From: Alphaproteobacteria bacterium
Lineage (GTDB): Bacteria; Pseudomonadota; Alphaproteobacteria; Rs-D84
Direction: 5' to 3'
Assembly: GCA_017935245.1 (NCBI GenBank)
Contig: JAGBHZ010000001.1
Location: forward strand, 8,031 to 72,030
DNA: 64,000 nucleotides
The notes under the pieces were generated by a model, which saw only the letters and a program-made list of their open reading frames with translations, was not told the DNA's origin and searched no databases. This document shows positions 47,072 to 57,836 of this stretch, piece by piece. The first letter of the stretch is position 1, and every line of letters starts with the position of its first letter. The position numbers were made by a program, and so were the translations under genes.

Positions 47072-48943
47072 ATGGCAATACGTAACGGATTTTTATCGGT
47101 TATCATGTGCGTTGCAATGGCAACGGTGCCGTCATACGCCGTGCAAATTAGCGCAAACGATTGCGCCAATCCCACATATCGCAAATTAAACCCAAACGCA
47201 TGCAAAGAATACAGCGAAAAATCATTTTCATTTGCAACCGGTGGCGCAATTGCCGGTGGTACATTGGCGGCAATTGGGGCCGGATTGGCAATATTGGGTT
47301 CCGCATCCGGTGGCACATCAAATAATGCCACCCCACAATCGACCCAATCAACTGTTCCCATGCCAACATTGCCCGCATATACCCATGTCGGCGCAGACGT
47401 AACATCAACACAATTGGCCGCAGTAATGGACACAACCGATTACGGTCGCAACTTTGACCAATACAATGAAATTCGCATGGCATATTCATTGGCACGTGGA
47501 TACACCGGGAAAAATTCAACAATTGTGATTTTGGACACCGGATACGATGAATGGCATGGCAAAAATGTTGCCGACATTGCATCGGGCCCAATTGCCCCCG
47601 ACGCCACCATCACCAGTTACAAGGTAATTAATTCCGCCGGTAAATTTTTACCATTTAACGAAATCGCATCTGTTATTGATTCTGCATCAGACGCCAACAT
47701 TTATAATTCCAGTTGGGTATTTACCAATAAATACGCCGATGACATTCAATCCAGAAGTGATTTGGCCAAATTAACTAATTACGAATTTATTAATTCAATT
47801 GAACGCGCGGCCACCGAACGCGACGCAATATTTGTCTGGGCGGCGGGGAACAACGGCGCATCCCAATCCAGCGCATTTTCCGCCCTGCCCCTGATATCGA
47901 ACAAGATATCTGGACACTTTGTCAATGTGGTTGCATGGGACGATCGAACCGGACAATTGGCAGATTTTAGTAATGCATGTGGCGTTACAAAAAATTTCTG
48001 TATTACGGCCCCTGGGACCCATCTATCGGCTGGATTTTCATCTAATCTCGAAGGGACCAGTTTCGCCGCCCCAATCGTCAGTGCCGCCATCGCCGTAATT
48101 CGCGAAGCATTTCCATACATGCCGTCAACCCAAATCACAGAACTGTTGTTCACAACCGCGCGCGACCTGGGCGTTGCCGGTGTTGATGAAATATACGGTC
48201 ATGGAATGCTGGACCTGGAACGTGCGACCCGACCGGTTGGCGCCGAATTAATTCCGATTTCAGAAAACGTAACACGCCCAATGGAAACCGTACGTGTATC
48301 AGGTACAATTGCAAAGCAAATAAAGTCTGCAAATCTGGAAATGGCATTTGTTGACGGTTTTGGCCGCGCATTTAAAACACCATTAAATGATAAAATTAAA
48401 ACCAAAAACCGTGGTTTGGGCTTTACCCGCCTGCGCCAGGATGTAAAATCCAAGGCCCAAATTGGTAACTTTGAATTTGGTGTTCGCACCAGTGATTTTC
48501 TGGGGGCGGATGGATTCATGGCCACAACCGACAAAACCGACATTACATTTATTGCATCACACGCAACATATAATACCGGCGCCCTGGAATTATTCCATCG
48601 CGCTGAATTCGGCATCAGCAATCCCCACATTGATGGCGAATCCGTGGTAACAAACTTCTCTAATATCTATACTGCATCGGTTACAGTTGGGGCAACAATT
48701 GGCGATTGGACATTATCGGTCGCAACAAATGATGCGATTTTAAGCGGTCAAATGGATATGCGCCTGGCCACGGGTCGCGCAAATAACGGCGCATTAACAT
48801 TTGCAGACTATTCCATTGACCTGGCCACCCGTCCATCGGTTGAATATTCAGTTGGATATAAAAACATCACCGCCGCATTTGTTGATAATCCATACGGCAC
48901 AGATGAAATCTATGTAATTGCCCGCGGCAAAATTAGTTTCTAA
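47072..48943 (+). CDS. S8 (subtilisin-like) serine protease autotransporter
   Basis: Trimmed to MAIRNGFLSVIMCVAMATVPSYA (GAGGTG SD). Has the Asp box VILDTGYD, the Ser box GTSFAAPIVSAAIAVI, and a C-terminal beta-barrel ending ...GKISF. Confidence 0.85.
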   Translation: MAIRNGFLSVIMCVAMATVPSYAVQISANDCANPTYRKLNPNACKEYSEKSFSFATGGAIAGGTLAAIGAGLAILGSASGGTSNNATPQSTQSTVPMPTLPAYTHVGADVTSTQLAAVMDTTDYGRNFDQYNEIRMAYSLARGYTGKNSTIVILDTGYDEWHGKNVADIASGPIAPDATITSYKVINSAGKFLPFNEIASVIDSASDANIYNSSWVFTNKYADDIQSRSDLAKLTNYEFINSIERAATERDAIFVWAAGNNGASQSSAFSALPLISNKISGHFVNVVAWDDRTGQLADFSNACGVTKNFCITAPGTHLSAGFSSNLEGTSFAAPIVSAAIAVIREAFPYMPSTQITELLFTTARDLGVAGVDEIYGHGMLDLERATRPVGAELIPISENVTRPMETVRVSGTIAKQIKSANLEMAFVDGFGRAFKTPLNDKIKTKNRGLGFTRLRQDVKSKAQIGNFEFGVRTSDFLGADGFMATTDKTDITFIASHATYNTGALELFHRAEFGISNPHIDGESVVTNFSNIYTASVTVGATIGDWTLSVATNDAILSGQMDMRLATGRANNGALTFADYSIDLATRPSVEYSVGYKNITAAFVDNPYGTDEIYVIARGKISF

Positions 48944-49539
48944 ATTTCTATTTTATTATCCACCATAAATCTGTGCAATGTATCACGATGCACCCGCAAT
49001 CGACGTGCAATTTCATTTTTTGTGCGCCCATCTTCCAGTTTTTGCACAATATATTTTTCACGCCCACTCAGTTTACATGGATTTGAACTGCCCCGCGGGC
49101 GTCCAACATGCTTCCCTTCGGCCTTGATACGGGCCAATGCTTCTTTGGTGCGTTGCGATATCAGATTTCGTTCAATTTCTGCGGACAATCCAAACGCAAA
49201 TGCCAGAACCTTGCTGGTGATATCCGCCCCCAATCGATAGTTATCTTTTATTGTCCATATTTTTGCACCAATATCCATACAGTGATGCAAAATACTCATA
49301 ATTTGCAACAAATTACGCCCCAATCGCGACAACTCGGACGCAATAATCAAATCATCTTTTTGGATACGTTTAATTAATCGTCCCAGTTTTCGCTTATTCA
49401 AATCTTTGGTTGCCGAAATCGTCTCTTCAATCCAGCAATCAATAACCAGGTCTTGCTTCTCGCAAAACTTTAATATTTCAAACCGTTGATTTTCGGTTGT
49501 CTGATGGTCCGTTGAAACACGAATATAACCATATACCAC
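48940..49539 (-). CDS. serine recombinase (resolvase/invertase family)
   Basis: GTG start with an AAAGGAG SD. Contains the YGYIRVSTDHQTTENQ catalytic Ser motif, SRLGRN, and a C-terminal HTH (KNEIARRLRVHRDTLHRF). Confidence 0.9.
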   Translation of the reverse strand: MVYGYIRVSTDHQTTENQRFEILKFCEKQDLVIDCWIEETISATKDLNKRKLGRLIKRIQKDDLIIASELSRLGRNLLQIMSILHHCMDIGAKIWTIKDNYRLGADITSKVLAFAFGLSAEIERNLISQRTKEALARIKAEGKHVGRPRGSSNPCKLSGREKYIVQKLEDGRTKNEIARRLRVHRDTLHRFMVDNKIEI

Positions 49540-49586
49540 TTTTAAACTCCTTTGGACTTATGGATAAAAACACCTCCTTTCGTCCT

Positions 49587-49614
49587 GTTCGCTTTCATCT
49601 AATATTAAGCGAAC
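49587..49614. promoter_or_regulatory. 28-bp palindrome upstream of the recombinase (candidate recombination or operator site)
   Basis: GTTCGCTT-tcatctaatatt-AAGCGAAC, with perfect 8-bp arms and a 12-bp spacer. Confidence 0.5.
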
Positions 49615-49716
49615 TTTTTTAAAAAATCCCCAGGAACAAATACCAAATAAAAAACTTGTCTTTTCAAAATATGGCTTTAAGATATATATTCGTAGGAACG
49701 GAAAGGGAAATCAGAC

Positions 49717-51465
49717 ATGGCAAAAAAAACCAGACGCACAAAAAAAACATCTTTGTTACGTCGCTTTATTCGAACATCTGGTATTGTACTGGGGTTAATT
49801 TTTGCACTGGTGGCGATTGGTCTGATTTTTTTCCCCACAAAATCTGATAAAACAATTCTTTATATGACGGTCGATGCACCAACGCCCCAGGCGTTCACAG
49901 ACACAAACAACGTTACATTTATGGCATCAAACACGATACCAGACATAAACAATAACCGTCAATTAACACAAATATCACCAATTACAATAAACTATCATTG
50001 GATTGACGGTCCATACGCACCGGCATTTGCAATGGGGATTGATAACAATGAATTAAGCAAATATGTAAAAATCAGTCCACTGGTCCATGGTAAGTTTAGC
50101 CTGGTTGATCCAAACACAATCAAATTTACCCCCGACGCCCCATGGCCCGCCGACACAAAATTTACGGTTCGCATGTCAAAAAAATTGTTCACAAACAACG
50201 TATTACCCGACACACGCACCGCAACCATTACAACGCCCGACATAACTGCCACCCTGGACAGTTTTAATGTCTATCCATCCCCCGATGCGCCACAATCCAT
50301 GGTTGCTGTCGCGGTTGTATCATTTACGTATCCAATCAATACAGACCATTTTTCTGATAAAATTACGATACGAGCCAACGGCAAAAAATTAAATTTTTCT
50401 GTTAAATTTGATAAGTTTCATCGCACCGCATTTATCATATCTGATACTGTGCCGGTTATGGACACACCGCAAAACATACGGATGAAAATCAATCGAATTT
50501 CGGCCCTAAATGGTAATTCTTCGACAAAAAAGATAACTGCGAACACCACAATTGATGCACGTGATAATTTCTTTCGCGTAACAAACATCGAATCGATTGT
50601 TGCAGACGACACAGAAAACAACGCCCGCCAATTAATCTTGGTTAGAACCAGCGCACCCGCATCAAAAAACACCCAGTGGTCAAAATATATAACCGCATAT
50701 CTACTGCCCCAGTATTTAGATTCTGAAAAAACTGAAACAAATCACATTTGGCAACCCGACCAGGTTACACCAGAAGTTTTAGCACAATCCAAGAAATTAA
50801 AATTGGCGCCAGCCGAATTTGCATCACCAATGGGTGTGTATCAATACGCATTTGCATATAACGTTCCCGAAAATGGCCCACGCAGCATATATATTGACAT
50901 TACCCCCGGGGCAAAATCTATGGGTGATTTCACAATGCAAAATGGGGGCAATACCGTTATGTCGGTCGCATACCCAGAAAAATCCGTACACATTGCTGGA
51001 TCTGGCGCGATATTATCAATGTCTGGGGACAAAACATTGGGCATAATGACCCGTGGTGGTGTTGATACTGCATACATAAATTTATATAAAATAAAATCAT
51101 CCGAAATAAATCATTTAATATCACAAACGTACAATATTTTTGCATCTGACATAGAATTCAAGTCATGGTCATTTGGCACATATGACATGTCGCTTGTTTT
51201 TGAAAAGCGTATTCCACTGCACGTTGAAAACGCGGTTGAAACCAATTATGCATCATTAAACCTGGGGGATTATATGGACCGGGTTGCCAATGACAAAACC
51301 GGAATATTCGTTATCCAGGCCGCCGCATCACAAAACGCCGCCAATTTCAGCGACCGCCGACTGGTCTTGGTTACGGACCTGGGGATAATACGTAACCAAC
51401 CTGGATGGGTCGTCTGTCGTATTTATATCCAACATATCCACCGGCATGCCGGCAATGGACGTTGA
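49717..51465 (+). CDS. alpha-2-macroglobulin family protein, N-terminal fragment (frameshifted)
   Basis: Has a TM anchor and bacterial A2M N-terminal (MG-type) repeats. The reading frame continues in 51446..55456. Confidence 0.8.
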   Translation: MAKKTRRTKKTSLLRRFIRTSGIVLGLIFALVAIGLIFFPTKSDKTILYMTVDAPTPQAFTDTNNVTFMASNTIPDINNNRQLTQISPITINYHWIDGPYAPAFAMGIDNNELSKYVKISPLVHGKFSLVDPNTIKFTPDAPWPADTKFTVRMSKKLFTNNVLPDTRTATITTPDITATLDSFNVYPSPDAPQSMVAVAVVSFTYPINTDHFSDKITIRANGKKLNFSVKFDKFHRTAFIISDTVPVMDTPQNIRMKINRISALNGNSSTKKITANTTIDARDNFFRVTNIESIVADDTENNARQLILVRTSAPASKNTQWSKYITAYLLPQYLDSEKTETNHIWQPDQVTPEVLAQSKKLKLAPAEFASPMGVYQYAFAYNVPENGPRSIYIDITPGAKSMGDFTMQNGGNTVMSVAYPEKSVHIAGSGAILSMSGDKTLGIMTRGGVDTAYINLYKIKSSEINHLISQTYNIFASDIEFKSWSFGTYDMSLVFEKRIPLHVENAVETNYASLNLGDYMDRVANDKTGIFVIQAAASQNAANFSDRRLVLVTDLGIIRNQPGWVVCRIYIQHIHRHAGNGR

Positions 51466-54400
51466 AATCAATGTATTGGGGCGCAATGGCAATGCCATTT
51501 GGGCCGGTCGCACCGATGCCGCGGGCCGTGCCGACATACCGGCATTTCCATGGAACGAATATAAGAACGCCCGTCAACCGGTTGCAATTGTTGCCCGCGA
51601 CAATAATGACGTATCATTTATTCCATATGACGCCGCGTACGCCCAACGTGTTGAATATTCAAAATTTGATATTGATGGCGCATATTCATATACCAACACA
51701 CCACTAAGTGCATATACATTTTCCGATCGCGGCATATATCGCCCCGGCGAAGAAATGGTTATTGGCACAATTATAAAAAACAAGTCTTTTAAATCACTGG
51801 ACGGTGTGCCGGTACGTGTTGAAATAATGGATGCCCGCGGTCAAAATATATTTGAAAAGAACATATCCTTAAAATCCGACGGTATGTTCGACATAAAATA
51901 TACAATTCCCGACACGGCCCCAATTGGCGAATACAGTATTCGCATATATTCATTAAATGTCCGCGCCACGCCGGTTGATATGATTGGCACAGCAACATTT
52001 CGTGTATCTGAATTTAGCCCCGACACAATGAAAATCACGGCAAACATACTTGGCGCGTCTGAAAACGGCTGGGTATCACCTGATGACATCCGTGCCAGTG
52101 TGAATTTACAGAATTTATTTGGCACACCGGCCGCCAACCGTGAAATCCGCGCGAATGGCATACTGCGCCCAATTGAATTCACGTTTGACAATTACAAGCA
52201 TTATACATTTGACATCAACAACGCGTATGGCGACACCACCATTTCCGGGTCCAGTCCCCTGCGCAACCAAACATACACCACCAATATCAAAGACGTTTAT
52301 ACATCCGACAATGGCACCGCCAACATGGATATTAGATTTGATGAACCGATTCCATTTGGCACATATCTTTTAACGACGACCATTAACGGATACGAATCAA
52401 ATTCTGGCAAATCCGTCCAGACAACAATTACATCACGCGTATCGAATGCAAAATATCTGGTTGGATACCACACCGCATCTGATTTAGGCTTTATAAAGCG
52501 CAATACATCCCACACGATAAATTTCATTGCACTGGATCACACCTCCGAACCGATAAACGCAAATGATTTAACAATGCGTTTGGTGCGCCGCGAAAATTTA
52601 ACCAGCCTGATAAAAGACTATAATAACTACTATAAATACCAAACAACAACACGTGATACCGTTATCAGTCAATCAAACATCACAATCAACAAAACCGGGT
52701 TCAACACCCCGATAATCTCGGACACACCGGGTACATATTTCCTGCAAATATTGGATGCAGGTGGCAAGATTTTATCAAACATTGAATATTTTGTTACATC
52801 CGATGAAAATACCGCCCTGGAATCCGACAAAAGCGCCCAGTTAAACATTAAACTAGATTCTGCGCACTATAACCCCGGCGATAAGATTTATGTAAATATC
52901 ACCGCACCATATTCTGGGTACGGTCTTATAACCATTGAACGCGATAATATATACGCATACAAATGGTTTCGCGCATCCACCACAAACACCACACAAAACA
53001 TCGAAATTCCATCTGATTTCGAAGGTACCGGATACGTAAATGTATCATTTGTGCGCGCATCTGATTCACGTGATATATTCACATCCCCGTATGCATTTGC
53101 CGTATCACCATTTCAAACAAACATTGAAAATCGAACCATTGACATTGAATTAAATGCCCCCAAAATTATTCGCGACAACAAACTGGAAATCCAATACCGC
53201 GCGAACAAATCTGGTCGCATGATGATTTTCGCCATAAACGAAGGAATATTACAGGTCGCACGCTATCAAACACCAAACCCGTTGCAATTCTTTTTCCGTA
53301 AATCCGCACTCCAGGTGGAAACGTTCCAGATATTATCGCTAATCTTGCCAGAATACAAAATACTGCGTGAATTTGCCAAAACCGGCGGTGGCGATTTTGG
53401 TGGCATTGACGGTGAATTATCCGCACCACTATCTAATCCTTTTGCCCGTCGCACGGCAAAGTCTGTCGCATTTTATTCGGGCCTAATCGACGTTACGGCA
53501 AATAAATCCGACACAATAACATTTGAAATCCCAGACAATTTTAATGGTGCATTACGTATATTTGCCATTGCATCGAACGAATCGGCCACCGGTGCCGCCG
53601 ATATAACAACAACGGTACAAAGCCCATTGGTAATATCAATGAACGCCCCCACATTTGTTGCCCCAAATGACACATTTGATATCAATGCATCTGTTACAAA
53701 TCTGACCGATATTGGCGATATGATTACGGTTGATGCCGACGTCGCTGCACCTGATAACGTGGCAATTACATCCGGGGCAAATATGTCGGCACAAATATCA
53801 AATGATGCACAACATTTATTTATATTCTCGGCCCACGCATTAGATAAATTGGGTCCATCTGAAATCACGGTGAACGCATCTGCCATCAATGAAAATGGCG
53901 TAAATCTACTTAACCGTGCAATGACAACAACATTGTCTGTTCGTCCAACCACACCGTTTGAAACAAACATTTTAGCCGGCACCATTGACCGCACAAAAAC
54001 CACATTAAAACGCTTTTCCATCGACATGTATCCCCAGATATCGTCTAAACATTTGTACCTGTCAACATCACCGGCGATATTATTACGGCCATTATTTGAA
54101 TATTTATCAGATTATGAATTTACATGCACCGAACAAATGGTATCACGCACCATCCCATATGTATTAATGCCCCACAATACATTACTGGGGACAAATTATG
54201 ACACATCCGCCAAAAAGATATCTGAAACGATAAACACATTAAAGAATCGCCAGAATCCCGACGGTTCGTTCAATCTTTGGTCATCCAGACACGAAAATTC
54301 TGAAACCATAACACCTGATACAGCAATGCTGACCACATATGTTACCCAGTTTTTAACAATCGCGCGTCAGAACGGCTTTAATGTCCCAGACAGCATGCTG

Positions 54401-55456
54401 GGGCGTGCGGTTGATTTCCTGCGGGCGTACGCCGGCACCCCAATAACAGATAAATCCCACGCCCGGGCACATTCGTATGCGATTTACGTAATCACATCAA
54501 ATGGCTACATCAGTACCAGTTACATTGACACATTTCGTGAATATGCCGACAAAAATATGCCAAAATGGGAATCTGAAATATCCGGCACATACATCGCGGC
54601 CAGTTTCCAATTGATGCAGCAATCCGACATGGCGCACACATTATTTGACAAATATCGTTCATCCAAATCGGATCGTTTTGAATCTGAATCTGTATTTGAA
54701 AACAATGTTTCCAATGATGCGATGCATATGTATATTGGCAAGAAATTATTTAACATACCGGTTTCTGTAACGAACGATAAAATCAATAACTATTTGAATT
54801 CTGGTCATTACGATGCATATACCGCGGCCCATATTGTAATGGGTCTGGCGGGTGCAGATTCATCCGACATCATACCATCTGATATCAAAATCACATCAAA
54901 TGATATCCCCATTGAATTTACCCCAGAATCGGGAATTATTACCGCCCCCATATCAAACGACACAAACGACATTACAATCAAATGTCCCACATGCGCCGAC
55001 ACGCCGTTATATTATACGATTGTTCAGCGCGGATTTACCACAACCCAATCTGACAAATCTAATGGTATTGATATAATTCGTGAATACTTTGACGTTGATG
55101 GCAATCGTATTTCTGCATCATCCCTGGGGGATACGATAATTGTAAAAATAACGGCGCGCGCACGTGGTACAAACTTTATCCCCAATATTGCCATTGTTGA
55201 CTTATTACCGGGGGGCTTCATTGCCGAAGAAATAACCGGCGACGCCACATTTTCAGAAATACGCGAAGATCGTGTTATAATCTATACCGATTTATCGCGC
55301 CACGATGCATCATTTACATATCGCGCCACACCAACGGCGGCCGGCGAATTTGCCATACCATATATTTGGGCAACATCCATGTACAATCCCGAAATATTCG
55401 GCACCGATTCACCCGACACAAAAACGTTTAATGTAATAAATGCAAATCAAAACTAG
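51446..55456 (+). CDS. alpha-2-macroglobulin family protein, C-terminal fragment carrying the CTEQ thioester
   Basis: Thioester motif FTCTEQM at 54125-54136. The length and domain order are like YfhM-type bacterial A2M, and pbpC lies immediately downstream. Confidence 0.85.
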   Translation: MPAMDVEINVLGRNGNAIWAGRTDAAGRADIPAFPWNEYKNARQPVAIVARDNNDVSFIPYDAAYAQRVEYSKFDIDGAYSYTNTPLSAYTFSDRGIYRPGEEMVIGTIIKNKSFKSLDGVPVRVEIMDARGQNIFEKNISLKSDGMFDIKYTIPDTAPIGEYSIRIYSLNVRATPVDMIGTATFRVSEFSPDTMKITANILGASENGWVSPDDIRASVNLQNLFGTPAANREIRANGILRPIEFTFDNYKHYTFDINNAYGDTTISGSSPLRNQTYTTNIKDVYTSDNGTANMDIRFDEPIPFGTYLLTTTINGYESNSGKSVQTTITSRVSNAKYLVGYHTASDLGFIKRNTSHTINFIALDHTSEPINANDLTMRLVRRENLTSLIKDYNNYYKYQTTTRDTVISQSNITINKTGFNTPIISDTPGTYFLQILDAGGKILSNIEYFVTSDENTALESDKSAQLNIKLDSAHYNPGDKIYVNITAPYSGYGLITIERDNIYAYKWFRASTTNTTQNIEIPSDFEGTGYVNVSFVRASDSRDIFTSPYAFAVSPFQTNIENRTIDIELNAPKIIRDNKLEIQYRANKSGRMMIFAINEGILQVARYQTPNPLQFFFRKSALQVETFQILSLILPEYKILREFAKTGGGDFGGIDGELSAPLSNPFARRTAKSVAFYSGLIDVTANKSDTITFEIPDNFNGALRIFAIASNESATGAADITTTVQSPLVISMNAPTFVAPNDTFDINASVTNLTDIGDMITVDADVAAPDNVAITSGANMSAQISNDAQHLFIFSAHALDKLGPSEITVNASAINENGVNLLNRAMTTTLSVRPTTPFETNILAGTIDRTKTTLKRFSIDMYPQISSKHLYLSTSPAILLRPLFEYLSDYEFTCTEQMVSRTIPYVLMPHNTLLGTNYDTSAKKISETINTLKNRQNPDGSFNLWSSRHENSETITPDTAMLTTYVTQFLTIARQNGFNVPDSMLGRAVDFLRAYAGTPITDKSHARAHSYAIYVITSNGYISTSYIDTFREYADKNMPKWESEISGTYIAASFQLMQQSDMAHTLFDKYRSSKSDRFESESVFENNVSNDAMHMYIGKKLFNIPVSVTNDKINNYLNSGHYDAYTAAHIVMGLAGADSSDIIPSDIKITSNDIPIEFTPESGIITAPISNDTNDITIKCPTCADTPLYYTIVQRGFTTTQSDKSNGIDIIREYFDVDGNRISASSLGDTIIVKITARARGTNFIPNIAIVDLLPGGFIAEEITGDATFSEIREDRVIIYTDLSRHDASFTYRATPTAAGEFAIPYIWATSMYNPEIFGTDSPDTKTFNVINANQN

Positions 55457-57809
55457 GTTCAAAACTTTTTACACAAAACATAAAAAACTATGTTTTTTTA
55501 TATTGGGGATATTGGTCGCCTATTTCACGGTACGAATATTTTTAACGCCGCCACTGCTGCAAGACACATATTTTTCAAACGCATATTATGATCGCAATGG
55601 TAAATTGATGCGCATGACGTTATCCAGCGATGAAAAATATCGTCTTTTTACACCATTGTCTGAAATCAATCCAGACATCATCCGCGCAACGATTTTATAC
55701 GAAGACAAATATTTCTATATCCACCCCGGCATAAATCCAATATCGCTTTTTCGTGCAACCAAGAATTACATATCTGGCAATCATGATACCGCCGGCGCAT
55801 CTACAATCACGATGCAGGTTGCCCGTATAAAATACAACCTAGACACACGCAAACCGGCCGGCAAACTGGTACAGATTGCCGCGGCAATTTACATTGACGC
55901 ATTTTATTCTAAAAATGAAATAATGCAAGCATACCTGAACCTGGCACCATATGGCGGTAACATCGAAGGGGTTGGTGCCGCATCACTTGTTTATTTTCAT
56001 CGCCATGCCCGCGACATATCAACCATTGAATCAATTACAATTTCAACAATTCCCCAAAATCCCAACAGGCGGAGCCTAAACACCCCCGATGGTCTGTCAA
56101 CAATGCAACATATGCGCCAAGACCTGGTATCCCGCTGGATAAAGCGATATCCAAATGACGCCGCATTACAAACACTGGCGCAAATGCCTTTAAATGTTTA
56201 CAAAATATCTCAGTTACCATTTGACGCCCCCCATTTCACAGACGCACAAATCGCGCGTGATAAATCGTCATGGCACACATCAACCCTTGCAACAACGACC
56301 ATTGACATTGAATTACAACACAACATGGAACGCACATTACGCCATCAAATTAATTCACGAAAATCGGTTGGTGTACAAAATGCGGCGGCAATATTATTAA
56401 ACTATAAAACAATGGACGTCTTGGCCCACATTGGATCGGTTGATTATTTTGCATCCGACATATATGGACAAAATGATGGGGTGCATGCCCGGCGCAGTCC
56501 CGGTTCCACCTTAAAACCACTAATATACGCCACATCAATTGACGCCGGCCACATACATCCAATGACATTATTAAAAGATGCCCAAATCAGTTTTGGTGTC
56601 TATGCCCCTGAAAATTCAGACAGTGGCTTCTATGGTCCGGTCTTGGCACGTGATGCATTAAATCATTCGCGCAATATACCGGCAATAAACCTGGTACGAA
56701 AAATTGGCATTGATAAATTTCATAAAATATTATCAGAATCTGGCGTATCAAATTTAAAATCCCCATCACATTATGGTATTTCAATTGCCCTGGGCGGGGC
56801 CGAAGTTTCTATGTTTGAATTGGCCGACATATACGCCACAATGGCCAACCTGGGGGCGCGGCGTAAAATTCGCACCCGTATAACCGACCCATCCGAAACA
56901 ATCACAAACATATTATCGCCTGAATCATTTTTTCTTACCATGGACATGTTGCGATATGCGCCAACACCAGCAACGAAAATCCCATATGCAAAAACAACCA
57001 GAAAAAATATAACCCACCGCTGGAAGACAGGCACATCATCTTCATTTCGTGACGCATGGACGGCGGGCATATTTGGGGACTATGTATTAATTGTATGGGT
57101 TGGTAACTTTGATGGCCGTCCCAACAACGCGTTCAGTGGTGCCAAAACCGCCGCCCCAATTTATTTTGCATTGGCCAACACGGTCCAAGAATATGACGCA
57201 TCACACGGTCGTCCTGTTAATGATAATAATTTTATGCGTGATGATTTAAATATTGTTCAAATTGACATGTGCGCACATGTCGGTGGCATTGCCGGTCCAC
57301 ACTGTCCGAAATCAGAAAAATCATATTTTATACCTGGTCTGTCCCCAATCGACGGCGCCCCCATATACCGCGCCATTGCAATCGATAATAAGACCGGACG
57401 ACGCGCATGCACAAACAACCCAGACACCACCCATATGGCGGTTTATGAGTTTTGGGATGCGCAATACCTGGACATGTTCATGCGTGCCGGCATAACACGC
57501 AATACACCGCCACCATTTATGCCTGGGTGCGATTTGGACACAATTGCGCCACCGGCACCGATAATTGTATCCCCCGCCAATGGGACCCGAACGGTTATTG
57601 TATCAGACGCCAACACCGCACCAATATCATTTATGGCCATAACAACCAATCCATCGGCCAAAATATTCTGGTTTTTAAACGACAAAACAATTGGCACAAC
57701 TAAATCAGGCGATGTATTTACATACCCCGCGCCAATTGGAACCCATACCATACGCATTGCAACCGACGATGGCAATGGCGCATCCACACAATTTAGTGTA
57801 ATAAAATAA
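55440..57809 (+). CDS. pbpC: penicillin-binding protein 1C
   Basis: GT51 motifs (ILYEDKYFYIHPGINP, ASTITMQ), the transpeptidase motif SPGSTLKP, and a PBP1C-type C-terminal domain. Confidence 0.92.
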   Translation: MQIKTRFKTFYTKHKKLCFFILGILVAYFTVRIFLTPPLLQDTYFSNAYYDRNGKLMRMTLSSDEKYRLFTPLSEINPDIIRATILYEDKYFYIHPGINPISLFRATKNYISGNHDTAGASTITMQVARIKYNLDTRKPAGKLVQIAAAIYIDAFYSKNEIMQAYLNLAPYGGNIEGVGAASLVYFHRHARDISTIESITISTIPQNPNRRSLNTPDGLSTMQHMRQDLVSRWIKRYPNDAALQTLAQMPLNVYKISQLPFDAPHFTDAQIARDKSSWHTSTLATTTIDIELQHNMERTLRHQINSRKSVGVQNAAAILLNYKTMDVLAHIGSVDYFASDIYGQNDGVHARRSPGSTLKPLIYATSIDAGHIHPMTLLKDAQISFGVYAPENSDSGFYGPVLARDALNHSRNIPAINLVRKIGIDKFHKILSESGVSNLKSPSHYGISIALGGAEVSMFELADIYATMANLGARRKIRTRITDPSETITNILSPESFFLTMDMLRYAPTPATKIPYAKTTRKNITHRWKTGTSSSFRDAWTAGIFGDYVLIVWVGNFDGRPNNAFSGAKTAAPIYFALANTVQEYDASHGRPVNDNNFMRDDLNIVQIDMCAHVGGIAGPHCPKSEKSYFIPGLSPIDGAPIYRAIAIDNKTGRRACTNNPDTTHMAVYEFWDAQYLDMFMRAGITRNTPPPFMPGCDLDTIAPPAPIIVSPANGTRTVIVSDANTAPISFMAITTNPSAKIFWFLNDKTIGTTKSGDVFTYPAPIGTHTIRIATDDGNGASTQFSVIK

Positions 57810-57836
57810 AAACGCCCAATTTTGGGCATTTTTATT
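57808..57836. terminator. bidirectional terminator
   Basis: GCCCA-ATTT-TGGGC flanked by A- and T-runs. Confidence 0.65.
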
